Assembly: GCA_043228905.1 (NCBI GenBank) | Contig: JBHGNT010000016.1 | Location: 2,046,001 to 2,110,000, forward strand | Direction of reading: 5' to 3' | DNA from: Azolla caroliniana | Taxonomy: Eukaryota; Plantae; Polypodiophyta | Length of the DNA: 64,000 nt | Part shown: one piece after another, positions 1 to 14,225 of the stretch | Position numbering within the stretch: position 1 is the first letter of the stretch | Layout of the letters: the number at the start of each line of letters is the position of its first letter | Notes under the pieces: model-generated | The model's input: only the letters and a program-made list of their open reading frames with translations | Told to the model about the DNA's origin: nothing | Database searches by the model: none | Made by a program: the position numbers and the translations under genes

Positions 1-2657
1 CATGTATGGGTGAGTGTAGTTTTTTCGCTCAACGAAGATGGTTTGGTACTTGTGCATCTTCACATCTCTCCTAAGCTTTGATTGCAAAGAACCTCATTCA
101 CCAAAGTACATCATGGTTACTCTATTGAAATGGGTATAATAAGATCTTGAATTGGATTCCCACCGAGGGTAAATGACAACATTCAACAAGACACTCCGCC
201 ACCTTGACGTAAATGGTTTGATACATAACAAAATCAATCATGTGCCTTTGAATGATCAAGGTTGAGATCACATTGAAGAGCAACAAATTCATGAGCTACT
301 TTGAGCCACAAGATTTTTATTCACCTCAAATAGGCAAATTGGTGGAAATAGGCAATCCACTCTTCCATATATGTCATGTGTAAAGAAATAAGGTTTCGGT
401 GTCTTCCTTTTCATTATCGTTCTCTAAGGTCAAATATAACCAATGAGACCAAAAGTGAAATGTTTTCACATAGCATGTGTGGAATTGATCAACAACTCTA
501 GATAATCAAGAATTTTACCAATGGGTATTACGATTGAGAGTGCGCACTGTTAGTATGAGAGGAGTGGGGGGGGGGGGGGGGGGGAGAGAAAGGAAGGGAG
601 AGGGATCCAAATCAATCTAATTATGGTTGTGTGGAAATTGATTCACATGATCATGAACATATTAGAGTATCAATCTAACTAGGTCATAGTCGTTGGGAGT
701 CCTATCTTTGAAAATCTCATCACGTTTTAGCTTATTTTTGGCAAATGTCGTTGGGTTTGGATATTGACGTGTCAATTCCACTAGAATGAAAACTATAAGA
801 AAAATGCATAACCAACTCATAATGTACGTGATTACATGCTAGGGTATTAGTATATATAATTGTATAGATTTAAATAAGCAACTCATTAATCGTAGAATGC
901 AACCATTTCTCGTGTTCTACAAATTAAAATATTGTAGTGTCACATGAGTTTATCAACCTTCAGAGTGTTTGGTTTAGATTTCACTTATTAACAAAGGGCA
1001 ACAACTAGTAGAACCTTATGAAGTGGGGTTGGACAACAGTAATCAATAAAGGAACCCTGTTAATAACGGGCACGGAAATGTACAATGGACGAGTGATGTA
1101 ATCATGATATCAAACGTGTTGAGGTTGATATTGAGTTCAATGGGAATGAGTGAGAACTCTCTTGTACGACCATTGTTTTACACTTTCTCCTAATGAAACA
1201 GGATAGTTCTTATTTTTATTGAACAATAATACATTACCTAAACAAGGAATAAAGTATTAATTTGTGCCTCCAAGCAACTAATCCCATTTTCTCTCCACCT
1301 TTAGCATATTCATAGTGGTACCTCTCTTTTTACAGCTTGAAATAATCATTCGTGTGCCAAAAGTGGTCTTCTATCATGTCCCACTAGATATTCTTATCTT
1401 ACATTTCATGTTTTGCTAACTCCTTACCAAAGAGTCTTCGCCATAACTCTTTATCACCCTCACTTTCCATTGTCGTATGTTCACATTATTCACATGCTTT
1501 CTACTTTTCTCAAGTATTCCATCTACATATTGCATTTGTTCCTTGGTTAAAGTTAATTCTTTTAAGTATATTATTTAAACAAAGCAAAAATGTTCAAATT
1601 GACCATTTTTTACTCATCATCAATGTACATTTAAGATATGTTCAAAACTTACATCATTGTAAAAATATCAATAAACTGTGCTATGAGCTTATCTCATAGA
1701 CGAAAGTTATAGTCTACATTTTGGAAGTTGTTGAGAAAAGGTTTCAATATTGCACTCCTCATTAATACACATGTGCCCTCGCATACATACATGAATGTGG
1801 ATAGTACCTATCTATATGCAAACATACATGCACAATTGTTCTAGTTCATCCTTGCTAATAACTTTAGGGTGTGATGAAGTGCCATCACTATTAAGAGTTA
1901 TCGGATAGTCGAACATCGTGCATGGTCGTCTAACTCCATAAAGTAATGATTAATAGCTTCTTGTGAACTTCTATATGTCAATGGCTAAGAATTGAAGAAA
2001 TCAATTATAAATGATTATATGAAGTTGCATCCTAATTCAGCATTGAGGTTTGCTTAAGTTAGGTTGTATAAATTATGAAGTCACCTCAATGTTTCTAACA
2101 TTCAATTCACACATCTTAAATTACCAAATAGAGAAAGTAATGCTTATTCTTCAGAGTTATTTGGCTATGCAATTCATAGTTATCGTTGCCCAAGTCATCA
2201 TTTGGGCTCTAATATTTTGAGTGGATACCAATTCACTATATCATGTGTTATATTTTCTCGAGTGCTTTCTATTGTGTTCTTACATCGAGTCCTTTTTATC
2301 CATATGTGCAACATTCACATACATTGTATAAGAATTGGATGCATGTTCAAATTGGTTTTTATGTTTTCACACAAAAAAAGTCTTGAGTGATAGCTTCTTA
2401 CATCAGGAGTGCACACTTTGAAATGATTGTCCAAGTTGTAATAATTCAACACTACTTGTCATTGGGAAAAAATGTCCCTTGATGCATGGACCATGCATAA
2501 CATTATTGAGAGTTTATGATCAACATCTCACATGTTTCAATCGAATTAGGTTGGATATATCATTATGAGATTTCAACTATCACAAGTCTTGTCAATCTTG
2601 GATCTCCATTCAGTTGGGTTTTTGCATATATGTATATGTATATATACATATATATAC

Positions 2658-2694
<37 letters not shown>

Positions 2695-3078
2695 GTTGAG
2701 TGTGAGTGATGCCCCACTTCCAAGTTATTTTGGAGTCATTTAAGGTATGGGGGAGATATGGTTCAAATGCTTTTACTTTTGATTCAGAAGCTGGGTGGGG
2801 TGAAGAAATATGGTGCGAGGTTAAAAAGGATTAAATGTATTTTGTGGCAATTTTTCATTGTTTGGAAATTTAGTCTGAGAGTTCTAATCTTTCACATAAA
2901 GACTGAGAGAGAGTCAAGACATTTGACACATTGGTCATCAAATTCGTCATTTGAGCAGGTTTGTACAGGTTTGGAAGTGAATTTTCTAACTAGCATTCAA
3001 ATCCAAAGGCCGTTTGTAAGTTAGTCTCTAAATGAAGTGGATCCATTATTCCACAGTAAGCTAAAAGTCATGGTGGAG

Positions 3079-3141
3079 TTTTTCTTTTCTTTTCTTTTCT
3101 TTTCTTTTCTTTTCTTTTCTGTTCTGTTCTGTTCTGTTCTT
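3079..3141. repeat. Compound pentanucleotide microsatellite (TTTTC)n(TGTTC)n
   Basis: Directly visible in the sequence. Confidence 0.9.
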
Positions 3142-5789
3142 CCGGTCCAATGAAAACTACTATTTACCACAAAAAAGAAGAAAAAAAAAATCTTATGCAC
3201 TGCACTTTACAGTAGTATTGTCATTACATTCTCTTTTGACTGGTGTTACAACATATAATGAATGTTTTAAGGGCTAATTAGGTGTGATGGGAATATATTG
3301 AAAGGTCAATTTAATAGGAACGCCATAACTTCAAGAGCCTACCTGAGATTCCACAGATCAGTTGCTGTCACATGAATTAACAATCCCCATATGATCAAAT
3401 GCCCCAAGTTGGGATTCAAAACTGAGGAACATAGTTACAATATTACACCCTGAATTAGGTGATGTGTTGGCCATGCTGCCTTCGTATTTCCAGAAATGTC
3501 ATCTTCTGCCCTAATTCGTAATAATTAAAAAACACAGAAAACAAGTAATCTGGCTCTAGTGTGCTTCAAATACAGCAAATATTTTGCAAAATCATTTTTC
3601 CGTGTAATCAAACACTCATTAGGAGGTTTCGTATTATTCACGATGCTAATTATTGTCTAATCCAAATTATAGCAATCAGCAATATTTTATCTGGCCAGTA
3701 ATTTACCATCTAATTAGTCCACTAATTTCACATTACGATAAGTGTTAATTAAAATCATTAGTAATGTGATTAATGCTATTCTTAATGATATGCATTACAT
3801 ATGTCAAGCATGTAATTCATTTCTGTTGTGATTACTGCTAATCCTGTCATTACATCGCTATTGATCAATATGCTAATCACATTATTAAATTAGGCAATAT
3901 TGTGGCCCCTAGTGAATTAACTAATTCCTAAGTGGCTAGCAATCAAGTCTTCTCGAGTTGGATCTCTCTGTCCTAATGAACTGCTTGACATTGGGAATGG
4001 GCTATATCCATTACAATTTCCCCAAATACATATAGATGGACATGGGTGTCAAAATATTATCTATGTAGGGAGGGGTAAAAAAATTAAGGTTTTCACGTCC
4101 AAGGGTGTGCATAAATTTGTCCTAGAAGAAATGTATGTATATGATTTGTGTCGGAAGAATGCCAAACCGATTACACACACACACATAAGAATTGTGTTGG
4201 AGCATTTCCAAACGTGAAGTTATATCGTTCGAGGATTTTTGAGATGAAACGACAGCATGCTCAAATATGCAGGTTTTGCTTTGTCATCTTAGGGTCCTTT
4301 TTTATTTTGATGCAAGATTAGGTGTCACCCCATAACTTGAATTTGGAAATGTTGAGAATGACTTGTTCATCGATGATAAATTTCAACCATGATCCTTCGT
4401 TGGGGGTAAGGGTGGTTGCTATATATTTTTACTTCGATGGACCAAAGAACCATCATAGCTTGTTTCTAGTTCTCCATGAAAAGGCATTGCTTGTAAATAG
4501 AAATACATAGCCACATGTGCATCGAGTGACGAGAAGCATCCTTGACGTAAAAGTAGGTTTTTGGTCTCTATGTTCCTCATCTTCAGATTAGGTTCCAATT
4601 GGAGTTATAGAAAGTTTGCTAATAGAAGGAACCTATGAAGCTCCACATACCATCACTACTAGGGGATTGTTTTAGGCCATGTAGGTGTTCGTTGAGTTTG
4701 CACATATAATTAGGGTGTGCATTATTTCCCAACATCTGGGGTTTCTACATATAGATTGCTTCTTCTAAAGTACCGCGTAACAATATTGTTTCAACATCAA
4801 CATAATGAAGTTCAATATTTAAGTATGTTGTAGCCTGTAATAGTAAGGAGTAAGCAAAGTTAGGAAATAAGGTCATCATAATATGCAATTGGAGGCCACT
4901 TGGTTACCCAATCCGATTGGTGTTTTTTGGTGGATTATACTATAGGTTAAAGTTAAGGTTGAAATTAGGTATGTCCATGGTAATTCTGATGATGGTTGTC
5001 CAGGACCATGAGCTTTGACTATTTTGGTACTCAACATTTCCAAGCATACCAACTTGGACCTAGAGTGCTCCACTAGGATAGATTAGATCTCGACATTTCC
5101 TCAAGAGTTTTGTCTTTTGACTAATTGATTTGATTAGAGATCAACTCTTTATTTAATGCCTTGAGTTCAAAGATCATATTATCCTTAATATGTGGCAGGT
5201 CCTCTTAGCTAAACTCCAACCAACTCTTCCCGTGGGGAGGTGGAGGTGGATGTACTAGTGGATCCATTCTCATAAAACCCATGACTCCCATTGAAATCTA
5301 CATTTTTAAACTAACATCAAGAATTATGAGTAGTCTTTTTGTTGTAGGGTGGTGGTGGAGGTCCACATGGTGTAACTTTGTGGAGGTTCTTGCAAACCTC
5401 AAAACTAAACCGTTCCATGAACCTTGTGTAAGCTTGATTTGTGATTTGTTAGACAAACAACGGAATTATTGCACATGATATTCCTACACAATGGAACCCA
5501 TTTATTTTGTACGTATTTGTATATGTTGTATATGTTGATAGAGCCCAACCCCTTTTTTGTCATTTACATGCCTCCTTCAATATGACTTAGTTCACATTCT
5601 CTTCAATGCAAGGTGGAATGGTATGGCACAAGTGAGGAGGTTTATCAATTATGTGTATTTTTCCTTGCATAAGAAGTTTGTGTCTACGTACCTCTATCGC
5701 AATGCTCCACGTTTTATCATGTTCAAGTTTACTTTCTGCACACTGTCAACACAAAGCTATCCCCACACATATTTCTCAGCCAATCACAA

Positions 5790-6215
5790 TTTGCACTCTC
5801 AATTGCAATGTTCAAATGTTGAACATTGAGTCACTAATCAACTCTCTATGCACCACTAGAAAATGTCCCAGTTTATTTCAAGATGATAATAAATTGTATC
5901 TATGTATCTATCTACATAAGCATTGGGTTATAATTTAAATAGCTGTGTGAAAGTAATCATATTGAATGTAGATTTTCCATAATTCTCTCTAAGGTTGCAA
6001 GAATGAAATAATACGTAAATGAGGAACGGATACCATAACATGGACCTATCCCCATATGCATTATCTTGTAATCACATCTTGCGCTCTCAATTGCAATGTT
6101 CATTAGTGGAATCATTAAACTCTCCATGCACCACGTGAAAGTGTTCCTATTTACTCAACCATTCAGTTAGAATACTTAAATATGTGTGAAAGTAATCATA
6201 TTGTATGTGGATTTT
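5790..6215. repeat. Degenerate tandem duplication, period about 240-290 bp
   Basis: TTGCRCTCTCAATTGCAATGTTCA and TGTGTGAAAGTAATCATATTG each occur twice in the same order (about 5791/6079 and 5944/6184). Confidence 0.75.
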
Positions 6216-7139
6216 AGATTTCTGTTGCGTCATAAAGGACAAGATTTTTACTTCCCCCCACAAATTTCTGATGCCATAGAACTTGAACAAAAGTATGATG
6301 GTATAACATTTAAATCATTCATCTTTCAGTTAAAAACTTTCCACATGGAAGAAATGAAGATATTTTATTTACATTGTAAAATATAGGAAATATGTTTTTA
6401 CCGTATTGTGTATGTATTTGCATTTATTTACCATTCATGCAAATGGTTGAGCTTGAGATCATTATAATTTAAATATTAGAATTCATCTACATCTAGTTAC
6501 TAGATAACTAGATATTATGGGCATTACCTGCGTATTGTTGGTACAAGGCACTTAATTAATCTAACTAAAGCATTGTTTCTCTATGGATGTTTGAATTTTA
6601 AAACTTTTAAAACCCAATTTAAAAAGGTACTAAGTTTTTGTACCACATGGATGTGCTTCATAGATGTTTAGAATTCAGTGTAACGAAATTGTGTTTCTAG
6701 TTTTAAATGTTAGACATTGCATTGTTGGAATATAAAATATATGTCATGTATTAACAATATCTTGGATGTCATGAGTTGAGCAAACGATTATAATGCAAGT
6801 ATCATGAGTTGATAAAGTACTTGAATAAGGTCCTCCACTTCTTGTGGTTGTATACCAGATGCTCTTGTAGCCTACGGTTAATTTGAGCCTACTTTGCTTT
6901 TTTGTCATATGACTACACCTATTGCGGAAGGAGGCGCACTCACGCATTAGGTGTAAAAAGACTCTAACTCATTCTCAAGTTGTGAGGACTTGGGTTAATA
7001 ATATTTAAGTACACATTGAAGTGTGAGGTCGTTGCGTTCCCAACAAAGCCAACTAGTGTTTTTTTGTTAGGATCATTTGAATCCACACTCTGAGCTCAAT
7101 TGTTTCCAAGCAATTGGTCATATTCCTCAAATTATGTGC

Positions 7140-7170
<31 letters not shown>

Positions 7171-7899
7171 GTCGTAATATTTGTAAGTGTAAAAGGATAT
7201 GTTTGTATATTTACCGACAATTTATGAATACGGGCACTTGGAGTCAAATGGCAATTGAGATATTATCCCCTCGAGATCGTGATTGTTTCGTTTAAGCTCT
7301 TGAATTGTGTACATCTTCTTTCTTTCTATGGGTGAAAGAGTATTAAGTTTGGCCTCTTAAAGTGGAACAATCATTCATTAACATTTGGTACATATTCAAA
7401 AAACTTGATACACTCCATTTATTTATTTATTTATTCAACAATTTTATAAGCATTATAATCACAGCAAAATGCGAACACCACCAATTCATACTCACATATT
7501 GTGTTCATAACTCCTTTGGACCTTTTTTGGGTGCGGAAAAAATTTGAATATTGATTCTAAACAATAATATGTTTTGAAACCTTGATTTGCATATCATTAA
7601 CCTCGAAATATCCACATGACTTAAAGTTGCAATGAAAGTTTTGATAAGTTGATTGTAAAAAATTATTGTGTTTGGTTAGAAGACATGCTAACTTGTATGT
7701 TATTTGATATTGCTCAATAACTAGAAACATGACACTAGTGTGATCACACAGCTTAAAACAAAGGCATCAAATAACTAGACATAGTTCAATAACAATTTCA
7801 TGTTAATTATAACTCAATATAAAATAAAAAAGCATTCATATTTAGGTAAGTGCATCACATAGCTCAATTATCCATGAAAGTTCATTATATTCATTGGTG

Positions 7900-8220
7900 A
7901 GCTAGTATCCTTACTTCTTGCCAAGACTAATTAGTAACCAAGCACTTGTTAATAATCATTTGTTTCTTTCAAAACACAATTAGGTCCTAGTTTCTTTTAT
8001 AATTAATTTCTTGATCTATAATTCGTTTTATTCATGTTTCATGCATCCATCCTAATACTCAACACACCTTCCAAAGATATTTGGGGAGACTATCGAAACC
8101 CACCCTATTCTTTCTTGAAATGAATCAATCGTTATACAAAGGACTTTGTACGATCAGTCAAATATATTGAGATACTAGCCAGAATCAATAATTCGTTCCA
8201 TCAAAAAGCTTGATCATATA
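7900..8220 (-). pseudogene. Highly decayed copia gag fragment
   Basis: The - strand near 8130-8217 reads 'MIKLFDGTNY*FW...LIV', similar to the gag N-terminus of the copia element at 36759. Its extent is uncertain. Confidence 0.35.
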
Positions 8221-9871
8221 TACAAATTTGTTGTTAAAATATGGACACGTAGTCAAGAAACATGTGTAAGTGTGTACACGCACTCACACTTGCTCACACC
8301 TAAATTGTATATGTGTTGGGTATATTATCATTGCAAACGAATTTGAAAAACTTTTCATGTGTTACAAGGCAGTGTTCTCAATGAGCGTCAAACTTTCTTT
8401 CCTTTTCGATAAAAAGAAAATTACAATAAATCAATAGGCCAACGTACAAGTGTTTCTTGAAATTTGCCAAACTCTTTGTCATTCCATGATATTAGAGCTC
8501 TTGATACGGAAATGTCTTTTGTTTTTTTGATCGTAGATATTTATCTTTAAAAATAAAAATCCCGATGACTATGTTAATGTAACTTTTGAAGAACAATCCC
8601 AACCACTGAATGTTTGTCAAACTATGAATACCGATGTTCTTAAATATTTTTGCATTGTTTTTTCTTTGTATTATAGTCATTAACACGGTGGTTCATGTCA
8701 TGTAATTCTCCGACAAAAAACGTGGCTAGCCACAACTTTTCAACAAATTCCCTTCATTAGCCCTTGTATATTGGTGTGAGTAATACCAGCATCAAGTAGT
8801 AGCTTCATTAAAAACCTTCAATGTTAGGACTTATCTTAGGCACTTGAACCACACAATGTGCACAATTACACAAGATTTTACACATGCAAACATTTGTAGA
8901 TTGAGGCAGATGATCATGTTCTAATAATGGTCATCATTATGTGTGGCCAATCCAAAGCTTTGAAATGTCAAACAATTGTATAGATCTCTCCAATAAGACC
9001 TTGATAGCTTTGTAAGTTATGCCATTATTTGGTCGTCTTGTGATGTGCAAATCTCTAAAAACTTCTGTGGTTTTAATCACGATACGCACATCTGGAAACA
9101 TGCGTCCAACTACATTTAAACGTCAGCATGTCTTTATGGAATGAATTTCAAGCAACTTGAGGATGTTGATATCCCATATCCTCACAACTTCATGGTTATT
9201 TATAGATGACATCTGATAATGTTAAATTAAATGTGCATAACATAAACTGTGCTAGCCATATATTTGTTTTGGAAATAAAAAAAATGTGCTAGCACATCAT
9301 GAACTCAAATGATATCCTACCAACAAACAATAGGAAGTAAATTCTCCAAGAGGCAAATTGTTGGCGAATCAAACATTTAATGTTGCTTCCAACTTGACAA
9401 TGGGTACTAAGCATTAGAACCTCCGTAATAGAGCATGGGACCAAGACTAATGACCAAATGAAAAAAAGTCTCAATAACTATACCTTGCATTGTGTCTAAG
9501 GAATAGCTTACAATTAGTGGATTGTTTTCTCTATTTTGGATTTGTTTCCTCAATCAATGTCTTTCACAAGACGGGTTGGGGGGAAAAAGCTTTGTATGTT
9601 GTAGCTGTTATGACCCTTTTTATACAACTAATGGAAGGATATTTGTTTTGGGAAAAAAACAACTATACAAAAGTTTTTACATAAAACCTTACAATATTAA
9701 ACCTTAGGAACACATGCTTTCATGAAATAGCCTCTTAAATTATAATAAGAGTCCACAAGAGGAAACATTAAGAGCCTCTCTCTCTCTCTCTCTCTCTTAC
9801 ATACAAGGAAGGCCTTAAAGGTAAAGGTATAACCTCTCCACATAAAGCATGTATTGGCAACCTATTGAATG

Positions 9872-12800
9872 TCACTGTTTGGGGTTTAGGGTTTCTCCAT
9901 TTCCTTCACTTTCACCTCCACCATTGTTGCTACTCCCACAATCATCACCTCCAAAGGAAGACTCATCACCATTACATCCACCATGTCCCACCTCTAAATG
10001 TGGTTCAACATTAAGCCCCTCCTTTGGCGATCTTCCGCATGAATCCATGTTTACCCCCACCTTGCTCTCTACGTCATGTTGCGGTAGATTCGACCTCCCA
10101 TCAATACAGTAAGTACGGCCTAATTTGGCCACTTTCGGAGCCGGAATTTCGACACCATTCCGAGGTGGCACAAAAACTAACGGCAAATACTCATCGGTAT
10201 CACAAGCAAACCTAGAGTTTTTGAAGTGATCTTCTAATGCCACCCTCCCCTGAAAACACAAATCATAAACATCACAGAAATCACTCATAAAAGTAATGAG
10301 GACAACAATTGTTGATGAGACAAAGTTACCTGAACTCGAGCATACGCGACCTTGCAAATCTTCCTCGAATTGAACTCCTCCCAAGCTTGATCGTTAAATG
10401 ACTTGTAGAACTTCACAGTTGCCAATGCACTTGTAAAATTCACAAATGCATAGCCCAAATTGCACCTATTCCTGAAACAATTGTCAATGCCCAATGCTGT
10501 ACTCATTAAAAGGAGCTTTGTTACATGACTTCCAAGCCACACAATATGTTTTTAACGACTTGCAGACTTGAGTGGAAATTTGGTTAAGCACATTTCAGGA
10601 AAGCATCAAAAATTATATGTTTAATACTAGCATACTTGAAATCAATCGGAAGGTATACGAAATCATAAGCAGATTCCGGTTCGTCAGTGTTGATTGTCCT
10701 TGAATTGCACTCTAGGCAATGCTTGTCCAATAAAGACAACAACATCTGTTGGCTGACATGAAAACAAACCCGCGAAAATATACATATATACAGTTATCAG
10801 TGAGGGTAACGGGAGTGTTCAAGTTACGATGGGATACGATTGCTCACATATCGAAAGCAATTTGCAATTACCTATACTTGTTCGGTATGTTTCGGACCAT
10901 GAGTGTAGTCCTGGGAGTTCCAGAGGACACAAGGACCTCACTTTCATTGAACTCAAAATGCACTAGATGCCCACCTCCTCGATGGACCGGCCCAACTCTC
11001 CGATTATCTTCTTCTTGATGTATCTCAGTGATCCAATTCATCCCGCCTCGGCCACCAGATGTCTGGCGGCAATTCGGATGTAAAGCCGGATGTCCATTTT
11101 GTAAGATCGATCTCCTCCTCGCATGCATATTGCATGTATTCTGCTCAGGATTATGTATCTTTGGTTGTGTGAATCGTTTCCCCTTCTTGATACTACCATT
11201 GATAAAAGGTGGTTGATCGAGATCAGGATGGATACCCAATATTTGTGGTTGGCCGATCGATGGAAAATTGTCAAAATATTCATTGCCTCGATGCAGGTTC
11301 ATACTCGAGATCACCATGGGTTCAGGTGGTTGATCCAGAAGTGGGGGTGTTCTGCCCCACTCCATTAATGGTTGGGGAAAACCAACATAGGGAGAACCAT
11401 AGGCTTGCCAACCAATATAATTTGGATGATCCTTTACGTTATGAATCCAACCACATTGCTGTAGTGCAGCTCCATGACCATGGTTAACTAGAGGTATGGT
11501 AGGATCGTGACTACTACTACCATTACTATTGTCTATGGAGTTTGGATTGATACTGTTGAATACCGGAACCATCATGTTGTACTCTTGTTGAGCTAACTTG
11601 TGCTTCCGGTTCCCCGAGCTGAGTCTTGATCCTTGTCTACTAAACTCTATCTTCATGGGTTTCCCACACACTTCTTTCCCATTCAATTCATTCCATGCAG
11701 CTTCGGCATCACGTACATCGTAATACTCGATGAATTTGTGCTGCCTCTTCAAAGGAGCTTCTCTTAGCTCCCGAATGTCTCCTGGAATGAAGATTATGCG
11801 ACCAAGATTTAGACTTTATAACGACAATTTAGTAGGCTACATAACAAACAGGTGTATTCAATCATGGTGGGCAAAACAAGGAGGGGTGGGGGGGTCCCAA
11901 TTTCTTTCCTAGTTCATTACATGTTAAATTGGTTCATTACATGTTAAATTGCTCAACAATTTCTTTCTTAGTTCATTACATGTGAAATTGCTCAACAATT
12001 TCTTAAGACACTCAATTTCTCATGTGGGAGAGAGACACTTTTCCTCATGCTTTACCCATAGGATGTGACACTTCCTATGTGGGAAAGAGAGAACTCACTT
12101 TCCCACCAATACTATACCTACCATATCAAGTCACATTGTCCCATGTGGGAACTTATGGCCCCCACTTTCCCATCATGCTTAGGCCCTATATTACCACTCA
12201 ACAGGAACATGTGAATTGATCCTAATCCTAGTACAGGTCCAATGAAATGACTCCTCTGAATTATTTGTTTATAGGGATACTAGCTACAATCCATCATGAT
12301 TGTTCAACTCATTTGATGCAATGTATGTGAAACTCACCAAACTTCTCAAACACTTCCCGAAGCTCGCGCATGTTGACATCGGCACCAACATTGAACAGGA
12401 CCAAGGTACCTTGGTTGTTACAATGTCCCCCACTACCCGCAGCATTGTTGACATGATCATCAATGTGGAAAGGCATACTCCAAGAAGCAATATACTGTGC
12501 CCAAACCACATTACCACATATGAGGCCCTTCCTGTGGATGGACTCATCAGCATTGCTACTTGTTGACAAGTTCAAATTAGCCATATCACTGGGGATATAA
12601 CTGGCATTATTTGCCACATGTTGGCTGCCTGTGTAATGCTGAAATTGCTGTTGGAACTGTTGCTGCCTTAGTAAGTGTTGGCTTTGTATGTCGATCAATG
12701 CTTGCTTGGCATCCCTGAGGTCATAGAATTGAACCCAAACAAGACCCTCTGACATCTTCTCGCATTGCAAGGCCTGGATAGCACCCCATTTGGACTCTAG

Positions 12801-13965
12801 CTCTTCGCAGAGCTTCTCCTTGGTGATAATACTGTTGTGAAATGGTAACCCTGTGATTAGAAGACATCTAGAGATGTGTTCTTTGATGATTGTTCCATGG
12901 CAAGGGTGGACCTGCTTGTGAATAAAAATACTTGGGCTAGCTATAAGTGGATTAGGCAATAATCTAGGAACATTAGCATGACGATTATGATTATTATGAG
13001 GGGTTGGATGATGACTATCAATACTATTATGGGTATTGTGAGTGTGATTCTGAGGCACTGAATCAGGAGATATCGGAGGCCCTTGCTCATTATATACCAT
13101 TGGTGCACCGTAAGTACGTCCAACATTAGTATTGGGCTTGTTAATTAAGCCTAATTGATCAATGCCAGGGCCCCCAAGAGATGCGTTACTAGCTGAGAGA
13201 TTAATGTCATTAGCATAAGGTTGATTGATCATCATGTTGGTGTGAGGTTGAATATGAAGGCCATGAACATAATGACTAGGTTCAATGTTATTTGGAGGAA
13301 AAGTGATATAGCGAGGTTCCACTACATTAATGTCCATGTGATTATTTGTATTATGATTACCATTATTAGTACTTATGGTATTGCAAGGTGGGTGCATGTT
13401 GAGTAATATTGGATTATTACTGTGTAGAGAAGAAGATGAAGATCCGGAGGAAGAATGAGATGGGGTGAACTCAAGAGCGTTAGGATCTAAGTTTAAAGTA
13501 CCTACATTGGCTATATTGCTGTTGTCGATATTACTCTGCAGACGAGACGACGACGACGACGACGATGATGATGATGATGATGATGACGACGAGAATGACG
13601 ATGAAGAAGAACTATCTCCGGACTCACGCATTTTTTTATAATTTGCTTCTGTATTTACTTCTTCAATATCTCCATTATACGGTTCATCATCACCATGAAT
13701 ACATCCAACAACATCAGTAGCTGCCTGAGTATTACTATTATTATTACTACTGCTGCTGCTGCTGCTAACAAAGACAGATGATGATGATGATGATGACGAT
13801 GACGACGGTGGTGGTGGTGGTATATTATTTGACGAATCAGAGTTGCTATACTTTTCGATACAAATTATTGGTAAACTGTCATCCGAGCCGCCATGATCAT
13901 TACGACTGCTGCTACTATAATTACAGCTACTACTAGGGCAGATTTGTAGATTATCAGAAGCTCTC

Positions 13966-14011
<46 letters not shown>

Positions 14012-14225
14012 GTGATGGTGATGATTCCTCGTTCAACAACCGATGAGGTAAATTAATATTAAGGCAGCTTTCTGCAGATGAAGAAGAAAAAGTATCTGAA
14101 TTACTATTATTATTATTATTATTATGGTTATGATAAGATGATATAATATTTGAGTTTGATATACGAACAGTGGAGGTGGTGATAGAAGCAGTAGCAGCAG
14201 TAGTAATAATAGACTCCACCATCAT
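9872..14225 (-). CDS. TEL: TERMINAL EAR1-like (Mei2-like) RNA-binding protein with three RRMs, about 1144 aa
   Basis: Exons complement(12338..14225, 10872..11781, 10636..10752, 10330..10471, 9872..10249). All introns are GT-AG and the total of 3435 nt stays in frame. RRM1: '[17 protein letters not shown]...[12 protein letters not shown]'. RRM2: '[10 protein letters not shown]...[27 protein letters not shown]'. Mei2-type RRM3: '[26 protein letters not shown]...[24 protein letters not shown]...[27 protein letters not shown]', which carries the TEL-type insertion. The start codon is the first in-frame ATG and is unverified. Confidence 0.93.
11911..12003. repeat. Tandem repeat in TEL intron 1
   Basis: GTTCATTACATGT(T/G)AAATTG occurs three times, twice followed by CTCAACAATTTCTT. 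Confidence 0.85.

Noticed and set aside
566-584. 19-nt poly-G run in a purine-rich stretch
   Set aside because: It could be a G-quadruplex or a retroelement PPT, but no associated LTR or coding sequence could be established.
9879-9894. Telomere-like GGGGTTTAGGGTTT
   Set aside because: There are only about two units, inside the last codons of TEL (ETLNPKQ). It is not an interstitial telomere array.
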